From Octopus vulgaris (Eukaryota), in NCBI GenBank assembly GCA_951406725.2, contig OX597819.1, positions 114,452,001-114,516,000 of the forward strand: 64,000 nt of DNA, given 5' to 3'. Below, piece after piece: positions 39,222-51,993 of this stretch. The stretch's first letter is position 1. Each line of letters opens with the position of its first letter. The notes under the pieces were generated by a model. The model was not told the DNA's origin. It saw only the letters and a list, made by a program, of their open reading frames with translations, and made no database searches. The translations under genes and the position numbers were made by a program.

Positions 39222-39500
39222 TAGACTGCACCAGGCGCAGTCTGATCTGGCAATGTTTCTATGGCTGGTTGCCCTTCCTAACGCCAACCGCTCCGTGAGT
39301 GTAGTGAGTGCTTTTACGAGCCAGCAGCACAGGTGCCAGACGAGGCTGGCAAACGGCCACGATCGGATGGTGCTTTTTACGTGCCGCTGGGACGAGGCCA
39401 GTTGGGGCGGCGCTGGCAACGGCCACGTTCGGATGGTTTTCTTATGTACCACTGGCACTGGTATCACAGCTGCAATTTCCATTGATGTTGATCGATTTCG
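39222..39500 (-). mobile_element. SINE family A fragment with internal repeats
   Basis: CAGTCTGATCTGGCAATGTTTCTATGGCTGG..CCTAACGCCAACC..GGATGGTGCTTTTTACGTGCC. Confidence 0.8.
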
Positions 39501-39589
39501 AAACATTGTGTCAACAACAAACAAGATGAGGACAAATATCTGTCAAATGTAAATAATGTACATAATTCCTCATCTCTTAAATATAGAAC

Positions 39590-40030
39590 TGTCTCATCAA
39601 AGCCTTTCAATGCTAGACAGAGAAGCTTAGCTCTAGCTACGTAATTCTCTTGCAGTTGGATTATTCATAAAATAGAATTGGTAGTATTTCTTCCAGGTAT
39701 AAAACCAAACTGCATTTCATCTATGCTAATTCTCTTCCTAATCACTTGTACTATAAATCTTTAATCAATTTTTAAACCTTGTCCTGCAATTTGATATCTT
39801 TATAATTGCCTCTTTCTAGAACATCTTTTCCTTTGAAATACTTAATGATATTACCACCACCCAGTCATTGGGTATGACACTTTCCTGTACTATCTGTCCA
39901 TGATTGAGAAAAACAAGCACCTGGCCTAGTTTGATAGATATTTCAAGCAACGTGGTAACTATTTTTGTTAGTCAAGCTGGTTTCCTTAGTTGCACATTCT
40001 GCCATGCTATCCATTGTACTATCGACTTCA
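39590..40030 (-). pseudogene. RTE-clade LINE reverse transcriptase remnant
   Basis: Minus-strand pieces IVQESVIPNDW / KGKDVLERGNYKDIKLQD / IRKRISIDEMQFGFIPGRNTT..QLQENY correspond to the RT N-terminal motifs (KG.....NYR.I.L; Q.GF..GR.T.D). Stops and frameshifts present. Confidence 0.85.
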
Positions 40031-40082
40031 ATAATTAGTCCTTTTAAACATACATACAAACATACACGTGTGTGGGTGTGGT

Positions 40083-40114
<32 letters not shown>

Positions 40115-40257
40115 TAACTTTACTTAGCATAAAACCACTTCTTCAGGTAGGTCAGACTGGGTTAAAAGTCACAAAACTGATGGTGAAAGCAGTGAGAAAA
40201 GAAAAGCTTGTGAATGCATAGTAAAAGTAACAACAACAACAACAACAATAATAATAG

Positions 40258-40484
40258 GATCTTTTGAGTGGGATGAACTACTTGACCTGATGAAAATTCT
40301 AACTGGGCTCCACCTGCAAGGTCATGCGCTGTTTATCTTGATATAAGATCACTATGTTGTGCACATATGGTTGTGATGCATGTGCTTAGTGTACCCTTAT
40401 TAGACTGGTAGTCATGATGGGTACACGGGGCTTTGTATATTTTACTCCAGTGTCACTTTGATGGCATGCATTGCTCTCTCACTC
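40258..40484 (-). mobile_element. Element embedded in (AAT/AAC)n; possible 5' UTR of a TAA-targeting R4/Dong-type retroelement
   Basis: GC-richer block bounded on both sides by AAC/AAT repeats. The family assignment is inferred from target context only. Confidence 0.4.
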
Positions 40485-40706
40485 AATAACAATAATAATA
40501 ATAACAATAACAATAATAAACATAAAAAAATATGAATAGTATTGGACAAAGATATTTAGTCATATAGTACACATGTATGTGCACATACATGCTTACATAA
40601 GAAACATGCATGCACACATACTCTCACACACATACAATTACTATGTATACACACTTATTTCTTCCCACACTGCTTTCATCATTGGAGTGATTGTATTTTT
40701 TACTGT

Positions 40707-40775
40707 GTGACTTGTCTGAAGAAGTAGCTGTACACCATAGAAACTTCACAGTAACAGGTCACTGAACTGGCACAG
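40707..40775 (+). ncRNA. Type I hammerhead ribozyme motif
   Basis: GTGACTTGT (stem I, 40707-15) CTGAAGA (40716-22) AGTAGCTGTACACCATA (weak stem II) GAAA (40740-43) CT-TCAC-AG (stem III) TA (GUA cleavage triplet) ACAGGTCAC (stem I', 40754-62). Possible distal pairing CTGTG/CACAG (40703-07 / 40771-75). Confidence 0.7.
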
Positions 40776-40988
40776 ACAAACTCTATATGATATATATATA
40801 TAACTCATATATGCATATGTCCGTATACACACACAAAGACACATATGCTCAGGGGTAGTGTAGATATGAAAGAAAAAATGTATTCAATATATGCAATAAG
40901 GCTTCTTTCTTTTTGAATATGATAATTCTCCCAGTTACTACTTTGAAGTTCTTGTTTAAAAACAGAGAAGCGATAGAGTTAAGCAACA

Positions 40989-41072
<84 letters not shown>
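40989..41072. repeat. (CT)n(CA)n microsatellite
   Basis: Direct reading. Confidence 0.95.
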
Positions 41073-41074
<2 letters not shown>

Positions 41075-44000
41075 CACTTCTGTTTTAGCCTGAGATTTTT
41101 TTTTTCTTTCTCAGCAACGTATGATATAGTGATCTTATGTTGTCTTAATATAGCTTAATCTCAAAATATCAGCTGAAAATATTAGTAATTTTTACATTTG
41201 TTCACTGATAAAATTTCTGACCGATTAAGGATCAAATCAGTGATGGGATAAGCAATACTAAGTAGTGAGCAGATAGAAGAAAAAAAAAAGGTAAAATAAT
41301 GATCATGTCTGAACATAACCCAGGTACAGATCTCACTGACTTTTGGTTAGTGGGTGTACGTGTGAGTGTGTGGATATGAGACAGAGATAGCATTTTCAAG
41401 AGGTAATTAAATGTTTACAAAACTTTTTGTGCCAAATTATTTGCAGTGTTATGTGTAAGTAAAATAAAGTAGGTGATGAGTAGGAGAAAGAAAGACAAGG
41501 TAAGTGAAAGAGAGTGTGAGAAGGAGAGTGTGAGGAAACAGTCACTACGTCTGAATGCAAGAGTGTTAAAATTTTGGGTGTGTCTTGAATCTGGATGAAT
41601 TTAAATGTGGGTACATATGTTCTGTGCAGAAGTCACTGACTTCACAAGACCAGGGTGTTTTGTGTTTTGTGCTTATGAGAATGCACAAGAACATGTCTAT
41701 AAAACTGTGTGTGTGTGTATGTGTGTGTGTTGAAATATAATTAATAATTTTTCAGCATAAATTTGAACAAAAACAGTTTTTACATTTGGGGAAGCATGAC
41801 CAAGAAGTGACTAATTTTAATATGTTGCTAGACTTGTTTCTTTTAAACAAAAAAATGTTTGGAAAGGCTTGTAGAAAATATTTTTTTTACAGATCTTTAA
41901 ATGAATATATTGATAAAAACAAACTTTAAGTAGTTCTCAGTCAATCCAAAGTAAGTTCTAGGCATAGTGATATTACAGGGCTGAACCTTTGTACAGTACA
42001 TTAAGGGTTTCCAAAGAAAATAACATTAAAAGAATAACTCGTAAGGCAAATATAATTACAGATGTAGAGAGTAATTGTGTTCTTCTTGCTGGAAATGCTT
42101 TTTGAGTTGAAACAATTAACTTGCAAAATTTTTACTATAAAAATAATGGCTTGTTTTAATCAGATTTCTATTAAAATGTCATATATCTATGATTCATCTG
42201 GAAACAAAATGAGATCAAATGTAGGAAGTCTTTGGCAGCATTTTTTGTATGTTTAAACTTTATCTGGTCAGCACCTGTTACGATAAACAAATATTTCCAC
42301 TGATTATTATAAACAAAATTCTATGTTCTATTTGTCATAATCATTTGGATAATGAGAAACTGTGGAATAATTTTAAAATTTTAGCTTCCAATGAATATAA
42401 TAACTATTTTTAGTGTCAAATACTCTCTTTTCTTCCACTTAAGTGTTTCTGACAACATATTACTCTTTAAACAAGCACAATACCCATTGAAGTTTTTCAG
42501 AAAAATATTTCCATTACATCTGAAACATGGAGAGACATTTTGTGGGACTACAGCTTTGAATGAATTTGATAACTTTATTCTTTTTTCTTGTTCATTCTTA
42601 ATTGTTCATACATGCACTCACATACATATCTGTATATACATGTGTGTGTGTGCATATATATGCATGCATACATGCATATATCCACATGCATATGCATTCT
42701 TAGAACTTTTCTATGTATCAAACCTGGTCATTTCTTAGATGACACTGAGTATTCTTTGCTGGTAACAAGAAATTTTATATTTGCTAAGTTTACTTGGAGG
42801 TGACCTCTCAATTTTACATTTTGCATCTACTCTGCACCTTAACACTATATACAATGAACTTATTAATATTTTATAATTTTTCTCTAATCAGCCATGAGAA
42901 CAAGGGTACCTGCATTCAGAAGTTGCCATGGGCTCTCAGTCTTAAGCTCTTCCTTTATGGCCTGAAGGTAAAAGGATAAGGGCCTGAAGAGCTATGATAA
43001 AGAGGAGGGGTCATAAGAACTGAGCTCTGATGGACATCTGCCTGCACACTAAACTCTTTACTAAAAATCAATGCTAATTCACATCATGCCAATGTTATCT
43101 CAGTATATCATCATCGTCATCATCATTTAATGTCTGTCTTCCATGCTGGTATAGGTGGGATGGTTTGCCAGGCGCTAGCCAGGCAGAAGCCTGCACCAGA
43201 CTTCTATGACTGTTTTGACAGGATTTTTTACAGCTGGATGCCCTTCCTAATACCAACCACTCATCCGAGTGGACTTAGTGCTTTTTATGAGACACAAGGT
43301 CAGTTTTGGCAAGGTTTTTACAGCTGGATGCCCTTCCAAACACCAACCACTTTACAATGTGGACTGGACGCTTTTTAAATGGAACCTGCACTGACAGGGT
43401 CACCAAGTAATTAACAAGACAAAAATCATTTGCCAGGAAATTCTTTTCCCCTCATAGCAGTTGTTGATGATTACAATACAACTATGCTAGTTATCAGATA
43501 TGACACTGCCTTGTCTATCTGATCGACTATGAGAGTGACTAGTGCATGTGCTACTTTCCCAGTTATTTTCAACCTCTTAGCAAATACTTCTAATGCTGTT
43601 TTTCTTACCTTCAAAATATTTAATCATACTTCTGATTACATAGTTAACTTGAACTGCAGCTCCTGGGTCTACTTGTAGTAGTCCTTCTTTCTCTCATAAG
43701 TAACCCTCATTCAGCACTCTTTCTTCTTGGCATCAATGAGAGCATTTGCATTGCTACCATTCCATACATACCATTCCCTAAGAATATTTTGATTTCCAGT
43801 GCACACACACACACAAACACACACACACAAATATTAAAGTAAAAAATTCTTGCAAGACTAGTTGTGTTTCACTCTCTTTAAAAATCATCTGAGAGCACTA
43901 AAATAAAGGAAGTCTAAGGTTCATGTGCATGAGTGAAACTAGACATATTTGCTTTGAATAGAATAGGGTTGGAGCTGATTGTAGGATTTATCCCTGTTGG

Positions 44001-44184
44001 CTGGTCTGAGTGGAAAAAATAGCAAATAGAAAGGAAAACATGTCATTGGTTTACATTCCCAGTGAACATTTATATCCTGCAATCCTGAAGTTTTGAGTTG
44101 GTGGAATAGTAGTGAAACATGAAAGGGATGGCAACTGGAATAGTGTACAGCCAAAAATAAGTACCCATCCAACCTATTCTAACT

Positions 44185-44880
44185 CATCATCATCATTTAA
44201 TGTTCGTTTTCCATGCTGGCATGGGTTGGACGGTTTGACTGAAAACTGGTAAGCTGGGGAGCTGCACCAGGTTCCAGTCTGATTTAGCAAGGTTTCTACA
44301 GCTGGATGCCCTAACACTAACCACTCCAAAAGTGTAGTGGGTGCTTTTTACATGCCACAGGCACAAGAGCCAGTCAGGCATCAATCACGTTTGAATTGTG
44401 CTTTTTATGTGCCACTGGCATGGAAGCCAGTCAGGTGTCCCCAGCATCAACCACATTCAGATGGTGCTTTTTACATGCCACCAGCACGAGAGCCAGTCAG
44501 GTGGCTCTGGCATCGATCATGTTTGGGTAATGCTTTTTATGTGCCACCGGCACGGGGCTAATCAGGGGGCACTGGCATGGACTACATTTGGATGGTGCTT
44601 TTTATGTTCCACAGGCACGGGAGCCAGTCAGACTGACTTCACATCAACCACATATGGATGGTGAATTTTACATGCCACTGGCATGGGAGCCAGTTAGGGG
44701 GCACTGATCACAGCTACGATTTTGGTTTTGGTTTTACTGGACTCAACAGGTCTTCTCAAGCATATCATATCACCCGAAGCATCAAGAGTACTTTTAAATG
44801 GGCCAGACATGCAGTACTGGCATTGGCCATGGCTGCGATCTCACTTTAGTTGGTGGGTCTTCTTAATCACAGCATATCTA
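44185..44880 (-). mobile_element. SINE family A with ~6 internal ~60-bp tandem units
   Basis: (CAT)n-TTTAATGTTCGTTTTCCATGCTGGCATGGGTTGG, then repeated GATGGTGCTTTTTA(C/T)(A/G)TGCCAC(C/T)GGCA(C/T)GGGAGCCAGTCAGG units at ~44338-44720. Confidence 0.85.
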
Positions 44881-45305
44881 GCATAGAAAAATAAACACAC
44901 ACACACACTCACACATATACAAATTCTGTTTGGATTATATTCACTCCACGTATCCACTATTATAAACATTTTTGTGGCATAAGAATCTATATCCAGCACC
45001 AGCTGAAAATTCTCATAGGTGAGAATCTTCCCCTATTAGAACGCATTGGAATGATAGTAATAGTGGTGTATTTTTCCTTTGTGTACAGTTAACTTTTTGC
45101 TGAACAACCCGCACAGGTGATTTGTTTATAATGATCAAATGTCTGTGCTGTGCTGTGCACTAGCTCATTCACTCCATCAAAATGTTGTTGTTGCCTGTGT
45201 GGGTTCAAAATATGCCACATAGAAGATGTAAGTGATCACAAACTAACATGAAATGAAGTGTTTTACACAAGAACACAATGCACCACCTGGTTCAGGAATT
45301 GAAAC

Positions 45306-46174
45306 TGTTGTGCAAGAGTATGATGCCCCCCGGCAAGAATGGACTGGACCATAACATATAAATAGCACTGACAAATTTCTTAAGAATATACAGAGTGACC
45401 CCAATCCAAGTACAAATTCAGGGAAATCTCCCACAGAATCGATGTTCACAAGAAGAATAAAATCCATTTTTGATAAGCTATTACCAGAGAAAAAAAGATG
45501 TTAAAGAGATATGAAAAAGCCAACAAAATATGTCGAAATGGGTGATAAAGTGCATTTCAAAACCTAGAGAAATGGTAAAGAAAGCTGGAAAGATGGCCTT
45601 GTTACCAGAAAAATTGGAAGTATGATGTATCTAACTAAAGGATCACATGGTGAACATAAGAGACATAAACCAACTAAGGAAGAGGAATACTCAAGATCAA
45701 GAAGAAATTTCCATGGAAGCATTTTGTAAAATATTTGATGTACCGGTACCAAAAGTAATAAAGTCCCATAGAACCAGCAAGTGTAAACAGACAGAATACC
45801 TTGAGATAATGTTCAAGCGAGAGAGATATTAATAAAAAAAAAAACAAATATATACATATATATATATATATAATTTCTTTATTTCTTGGAACATGAAATC
45901 TCAAAAGGGGAGATGTTGTGCAAGAGTACAATGCCTCCTGGTGAGAATGGACTGGACCACTACATATAAATAGTAGCAGTCTGAGTAAATGAGGGAGTTC
46001 ATGCTAGTTCCTTAGTTCATGTGTTGATAGTTCAAAAGTCACAGTTCAAGTTAGCGTGTTGGACTGTTGGTTTTCAAAAGATTGTTGTTATGTTACGCGT
46101 GGTTACTGCCGTTTGTTTTGATTATATTGTTAATACACTGTTGCTGTGTATTTGTTTATCCATAGGGATTAACA
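45306..46174 (+). mobile_element. Internally deleted Ty3/Gypsy LTR retrotransposon with 5-bp TSD
   Basis: TSD GAAAC (45301-05, 46175-79). Truncated 5' LTR TGTTGTGCAAGAGTA... (45306-~45368); integrase C-terminus ALTNFLRIYRVTP/NPSTNSGKSPTESMFTRRIKSIFDKLLP...WKDGLVTRKIGSMMY...KRH; PPT AAAAGGGGAGA; 3' LTR 45914-46174 (TG...CA). Confidence 0.9.
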
Positions 46175-46517
46175 GAAACCATGATCTGACAATCATGAGT
46201 GTAATGTCCTAACCATTTACAGATGTGTATTTAATTGACTAGTTGTATAGTTGGTGGGTCTTGTTGAGTTATTTCAACAATTATAATTTGTCAATCTAAT
46301 ATTGGTATAGCAAAGAGAAAAAGTCATTTAAGGATTTACAAAAGTCATAGGAGATATGAGAGGTTATTTGAGAGAATCATTTCAAGATCTAACATTCTAG
46401 AAATACTACACAGATCTACAAAATGAAATGTAAAAATGGACATACAAACATTAGACAGCTTGAAATTTAAAATCCAGTCAAGATCATCCCAACTAGAATG
46501 AAGCAAACCACCACCAC

Positions 46518-46667
46518 CATCATCATCATCATCGTTTAACGTCCGCTTTCCATGCTAGCATGGGTTGGATGAATGACTGAGGGCTGGCAAACCAGATGGC
46601 TGCACCAGGCTTCAATCTTGATCTGGCAGAGTTTCTACAGCTGGATGCTCTTCCTAACGCCAACCAT
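46518..46667 (-). mobile_element. Truncated SINE family A
   Basis: (CAT)n-GTTTAACGTCCGCTTTCCATGCTAGCATGGGTTGG...CCTAACGCCAACCA. Confidence 0.85.
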
Positions 46668-47079
46668 AAGTTAGACTAAGTGTGGCAGTGCCTGTTCATT
46701 TGCTTTAACTCTGCAAGCCTTCTTAGATTGATAAGACTGATACAGCCAATGTCTAAATTGAACATTTGCCGCTCAATGTCAGCGGAGCACACGTGGATAG
46801 GGAGGGAGCTAAATGATTTAATCTACCTTTCGTTGACTTTATTTTCTGCGCAACAGTGTGAACTCTACTAAAAGGTACCAAGGTAACAGGTGATGGTATT
46901 AAACTGAACTATGCATTCTGCCAGCTACTTAGTTGTTGGGGGAGCACAATTCTAGTCTTCCTTGTACCCAGGCACAGTGGAAATAAAAAGAAATGACAGA
47001 GATATGATGATTATATGTTTGAATTTTAACATGTTTTATATTTTAAAACCTGATAAAGATTTTATGGGAAGCAAGGTTC

Positions 47080-47830
47080 TGATAGTGATATGGAATGTTA
47101 GTGGTGGAAGTATTGAGAGTGATGATGCTAATGGGAGGGGGTGAATGGTAATGGTGGCAGTAGTAGTGGTGGTTGGTTATGGGGGATAGTGAGAATGGTG
47201 TTGGTATTGATGGTATAAGGGAAAACAATGCTTGTAGTAATAAAGGTAATGGTGATGATGGGACTCAAGATAGCACTAATGATGGTGATGTTAATTGTGG
47301 TGGGTAATTGGTAGTAATGACTATCTTGAAAATGTAAGTTTTAAGCACAGATGATGGTATGATAATAGAGATTGTCCATATATAAGACAACATTTAAACA
47401 TGTCATGTATTTAATAACCTTATATACTTATAGGACATGTATTTATGGCAATGATAACATTGATGGTATAATGTTTATGGGGAAGAGATTACTGATGAAG
47501 ATACAGTAATGAATTGATGATGCTTGGAGATAAGCTGATGTAATAGTAGTGAAATAGTGAATATATAAAATTTATATAGCTATGATGATATCATGATGAC
47601 ATCATCATGATATCATGGTTGTGATGATATGATGATGAGGACACAATGGTGGTAAGACAGGATGATGCAATTATGACAATGATATATGATTTAATGAGAA
47701 AAGTATAATAATACAGATTAGATACTATAATGATGATGATATCAGCACAGTATAATTAAGTAGTTGATTGATATGTTGAAAAAAACAAAGCAAAACAAAA
47801 CAATGTAATGATGATGTTGCTGTTGGTAAT
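47080..47830. repeat. Decayed (GAT/GGT)n low-complexity tract with a 15-bp-arm palindrome
   Basis: GAT/GGT/TAG-rich; ATGATATCATGATGA-CA-TCATCATGATATCAT at 47585-47616. Confidence 0.75.
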
Positions 47831-48631
47831 ATTTATATAATAACAGAAAGATACATATTGTTATGCTTCAAAATTGTATGGGTTGAATGTATTATTAACA
47901 ATCACCAATGACTGGATATTAGGCCTCATAATGTAAAATCAGCTTCAAGAAGATATTGCAAATGAAAGCTATCAATAGCCTCAATTTACGAATACAGACT
48001 GAATGGTTCTGCAAATTTGAATGTTTACATGAGTAGTTGTAAAGAAGAAAATTCTTTATTTTTTTCTTAGTTAAAATCAGAACCCTATATACTGACCATT
48101 CACCCATAAAATGAAAGTAGTATCTACTACATTACAGCTACATACATTGAAATAAATAGTTGTATATTTTGCCTTAAGGACAATGAATGACCTCATAAAC
48201 AGGAGGAGGTTATACAAATTAGTAGTTCAACAAATTCTCTAATTAGCTGTATTTGTTAGTCTGTTGGATTTAATTTGCTATACAATGCACTTTTCTATAA
48301 TGAAAACCTGAAAGTGTGTTAGTACATGTATTTTATTTTTAGCGTCAATTACGTATGTGTTTGTTTGCATGTGTGCGTGTGTGTGATGCACATGTATAAT
48401 GAATAACAATTCAGAAAACTGAGTAGTGCCAATGAGAAGCATTGGCTTCAAAAAACAAATAAGAAAGATTCATTTCATTCATATAGATGTATATATGTGT
48501 GTATATGCATCTTTATCATCATCATCATTTCGAAGTCCAATTTTCCATGTTTGCTTAGGTCAGACAAAATTCATTGAGATAGATTTTCTACTGTTATATA
48601 CTCTCCTTGTTACCCACATATATATTGCTGC

Positions 48632-49018
48632 TTTATTCTTTTACTTGTTTCAGTCATTTAACTGCAGCCATGCTGGAGCACTGCCTTAAAGAGCTTTAAT
48701 TGAAGAAATCAACCCCAAGACCTATTCTTTGTAAGCCTAGTACTTATTCTATTGGTCTCTTTTGCCAAACAGCTAAGTTACTGGGATGTAAACACCCCAA
48801 CATTGGTTGTCAAGTGATAGTGGGATGACAAACAGAGACACAAAGACACACACACACAACAGGCTTCTTTCAGTTTCCATTTACCAAATCCACTCACAAG
48901 ACTTTGATTAGCCCAAGGCTATAGAAGAAGACTCTTGCTCAAAGTACCAAACAATGGGACTGAACCCAGAACCATGAGGCTGAGAATCGAGCTTATTTAC
49001 AACATAGCCACACCTGCA
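48632..49018 (-). mobile_element. SINE family C full copy
   Basis: Aligns along its length with 33017-33398. Confidence 0.85.
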
Positions 49019-50285
49019 TGCTTTTTTTTTTTTATCCTGGGATCAGTATGTTGAGTTTATTTAATGCTATATTATGGGACCTGTACCAACAAGAGAACAT
49101 CTGTGCAGTCATACAACAAGAAATAGTTGCCAAATTTTCCTCAAATCACACACACCTTAACACCTAATGAAAAATAACATATTGGATAATGTGGTCTTAA
49201 GTCAATTATGCCTGAGAAACAGATGGGCCAGCTGTGGCTGGAATGTCTTTGTTCATAGATCATCTGGATCAGTATGACACGGCACTAAATAACAATACTA
49301 ATCAATGGAGTTTGTTGTCAGTCAAGTAACTTTATAGTAAGCAAAATGACTTGCCTTGCCTCAAGGTAATGCAATATCTGCTGAAATAGGACTTGGCTTC
49401 TAGTGCACCTGAGCACTATACACAGTAACTTCATTATTATTGTTATATGTATAGCCACAGGCATGTCTGTGTGGTCAAGAAGCTTGCTTCCCAATCACAT
49501 GGTTTTAGATTCAGTCTTCTACTATAGCTTTGGACTGACAAAAGTCATGTGAATAGATTTAGTAAGCAGAAACTGAAAAGAAATCTATTGCATATGTATA
49601 TTTGCAAATATAGTTGTGTGTGGATGTGTTTGTGTGAACCCTTGCCTTGATATCACATGACAGTTGTAAACAAGCATCACTGTCATACAAGCAGTGTTGT
49701 TCATTTCCAGTCTTTAATGAAAAACATGTCTAGCCACGAGGAAATATCACCTTCCTTCAAAACAGATGAAGGTTGGTGACAGGATAGGCTGCAGAAAATC
49801 TGCCTCAATAAATTCAGTCTGACCCAAGCAAGCATGGAAAAGTAGATGTTAAATGATAATAAAGATGCATTTGCACACATGTATAGCATAAGCTTGACTG
49901 TAAAAAAGTTCCCTTCATAACTATGTGGTTCTGGATGTATTCCCATTGTATACCACCACAATCAAATGTCTGCTACCTTGTTCAGTAGAACAGACTTCCG
50001 AGTGGAATTTGATAAAAAGAATATGCGTAGAAGTTTGTTGTGTACATGTATATCATTAATTCATTTGTCATTCATTTAACATCAGTTCTTTCATGCTAGT
50101 CTAGTACAGGTCACCTTGGGACATACTTAAGGATCTTACAACCAGATGCATTTCCTATCACCAGCCCATAGCTTTTATTCAAGTGAAGGAATTTCTGTCC
50201 CACAGGTCTTCCAAATTCATTCACAAAGCATGGGTTGACTTGGAACTTTAGTAGAAGACACTTGTCAAACTTCCACAGAGAATTG

Positions 50286-51329
50286 AGTGTGCTGGGTACT
50301 TTTTATATGGTAATATGATTAGGAATAAAGGGGCTCCTACAACTGGGAAGGAATAGGAGAGAGAGAAAAGTGTATAATGATTTTAGGCAAGGTAAAGAGA
50401 AGAAGAGATTTAATAGTCATGAGAGAGTGGTAGCTGATAAAGTAACAGAGTAGCCATTAACAGGCCAATTTCTTCTTTCCAGAAATATCAATGCCTCTAA
50501 TCTTACTTCTAAGACAAAAACATGTCTTGCTCTCTTGCTTGTTAACATATAGATTTACAGTTAATCACTCCTTTCCTGCCTCCCTTATTTTACAGCACCA
50601 CCCCCCACTGCTTTCCTCACCACCTCAACACCTTCCCATGTCTCTCAGAAAGAAACATGTGAAAGAGTCTTCCCCACACATTTTTTTTAATGACTCTAAA
50701 ACCTTGCTACTTTCACCTGTTTTTCTCTCTTTCATGTTCCCTTCCTCTCACATCATCAACCTATACTCACCCTGTAACCCTTTCAGCCTGGCTGGTACAT
50801 ATTTGTAGCAGTCAAAAATTTTACAACACAAATCTTTAAATTCCCATTCTATGTGACACAGTATAGTACTGCTACAGTTTTTTTCTGATAAATATGTTGT
50901 GCCACACGTATCATCAGACTGTATGACACTATAATGACAGCTCAAAAGGCTCGCATGCATACCTCCCCCCCACCACTATTACTGACTTGAGGAAAAGTTC
51001 TCAAGTAAATAATTTGGGGTTGAAAGGATTAATGTAGGACAACACTCTTTACACAACCCACTTCATCACCCTTACCACCCTGTCCTCCACTTTTCTCACT
51101 AACCACAAACATAAATCACTTCCCTCTGTTCTGTCCATATTCCACCCACCAGTTAATGGCTACTCTGTTACTTTATCAGCTACCACCCTCTCATGACTAT
51201 TAAATCTCTTCCTCTCTTTACCTTGCCTAAAATCATTATACACTTTTTCTCTCTCTCCTATTTCCTCCCCAGTTGTAGGAGCCCCTTTATTCCTAATAAT
51301 ATTACCATATAAAAAGTAGCCAGTACACT
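50286..51329. repeat. Recent inverted duplication, ~176-bp arms, ~690-bp spacer
   Basis: 50286-50461 is the reverse complement of 51152-51329 at roughly 94-95% identity by eye. Confidence 0.9.
50778..51028. mobile_element. piggyBac-type MITE (decayed) with internal hairpin
   Basis: GTAA|CCCTTTCAGCC...GGTTGAAAGGA|TTAA; internal imperfect hairpin at ~50861-50932. Confidence 0.55.
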
Positions 51330-51936
51330 TTGCAAAGGACATCCAGCTGCAAAAATCATGCCAAAAACAGACAATGGAATACAATGGAGTCCTCTGACTG
51401 GTCATATCCTGTTGAACTGCCCAACTCATGCCAGCATGGAGAATGGACATTAAATGATGATGTTGATGAATGGTTGCAATAATGATGTTTGTGTATGCAT
51501 GTACATGTGTGAATTTATAAGCATAATTCAATATTTCAATACACATTCATGCATACTTCAATGCATTAAAATCCAAAGTAATTATGTGATCCAATGTTGT
51601 TTATTCAGTGAATCTGCTGTATTTAAAGTACACCACTAGCTGCACCAATATCTGTTTTTTCAAATGCATACAAACTTATTTTTTCTAAACGGATTCAAAT
51701 TCTGATTATGCACAGTAAACAGTGCACAATGAACAACCCAATATAAGAATGATGGAGCTTTTACTTTTACTTTCACTTTTATGGATTCATGGAAGCCTTT
51801 TAAGTTGATCATACTAATGTTATTCTGTCATATTCACTCACTCTTATGGCGCAAAATAGATTTTTATGTATATACATAGTGTATGTTTATGTGCTTGTGA
51901 TTGTATGTGCCTATGTGTACATACCTATGTCTATGC

Positions 51937-51993
<57 letters not shown>

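Noticed and set aside
44338-44720. Regularly spaced repeats superficially like a CRISPR array
   Set aside because: The intervening segments are homologous to each other, the array lies inside a SINE, and there are no cas genes.
50872-50923. Minus-strand TACAGT-CTGATGA...GAAA...ACTGTA
   Set aside because: No stem III or UH triplet; the pairing is explained by a simple hairpin inside a MITE.
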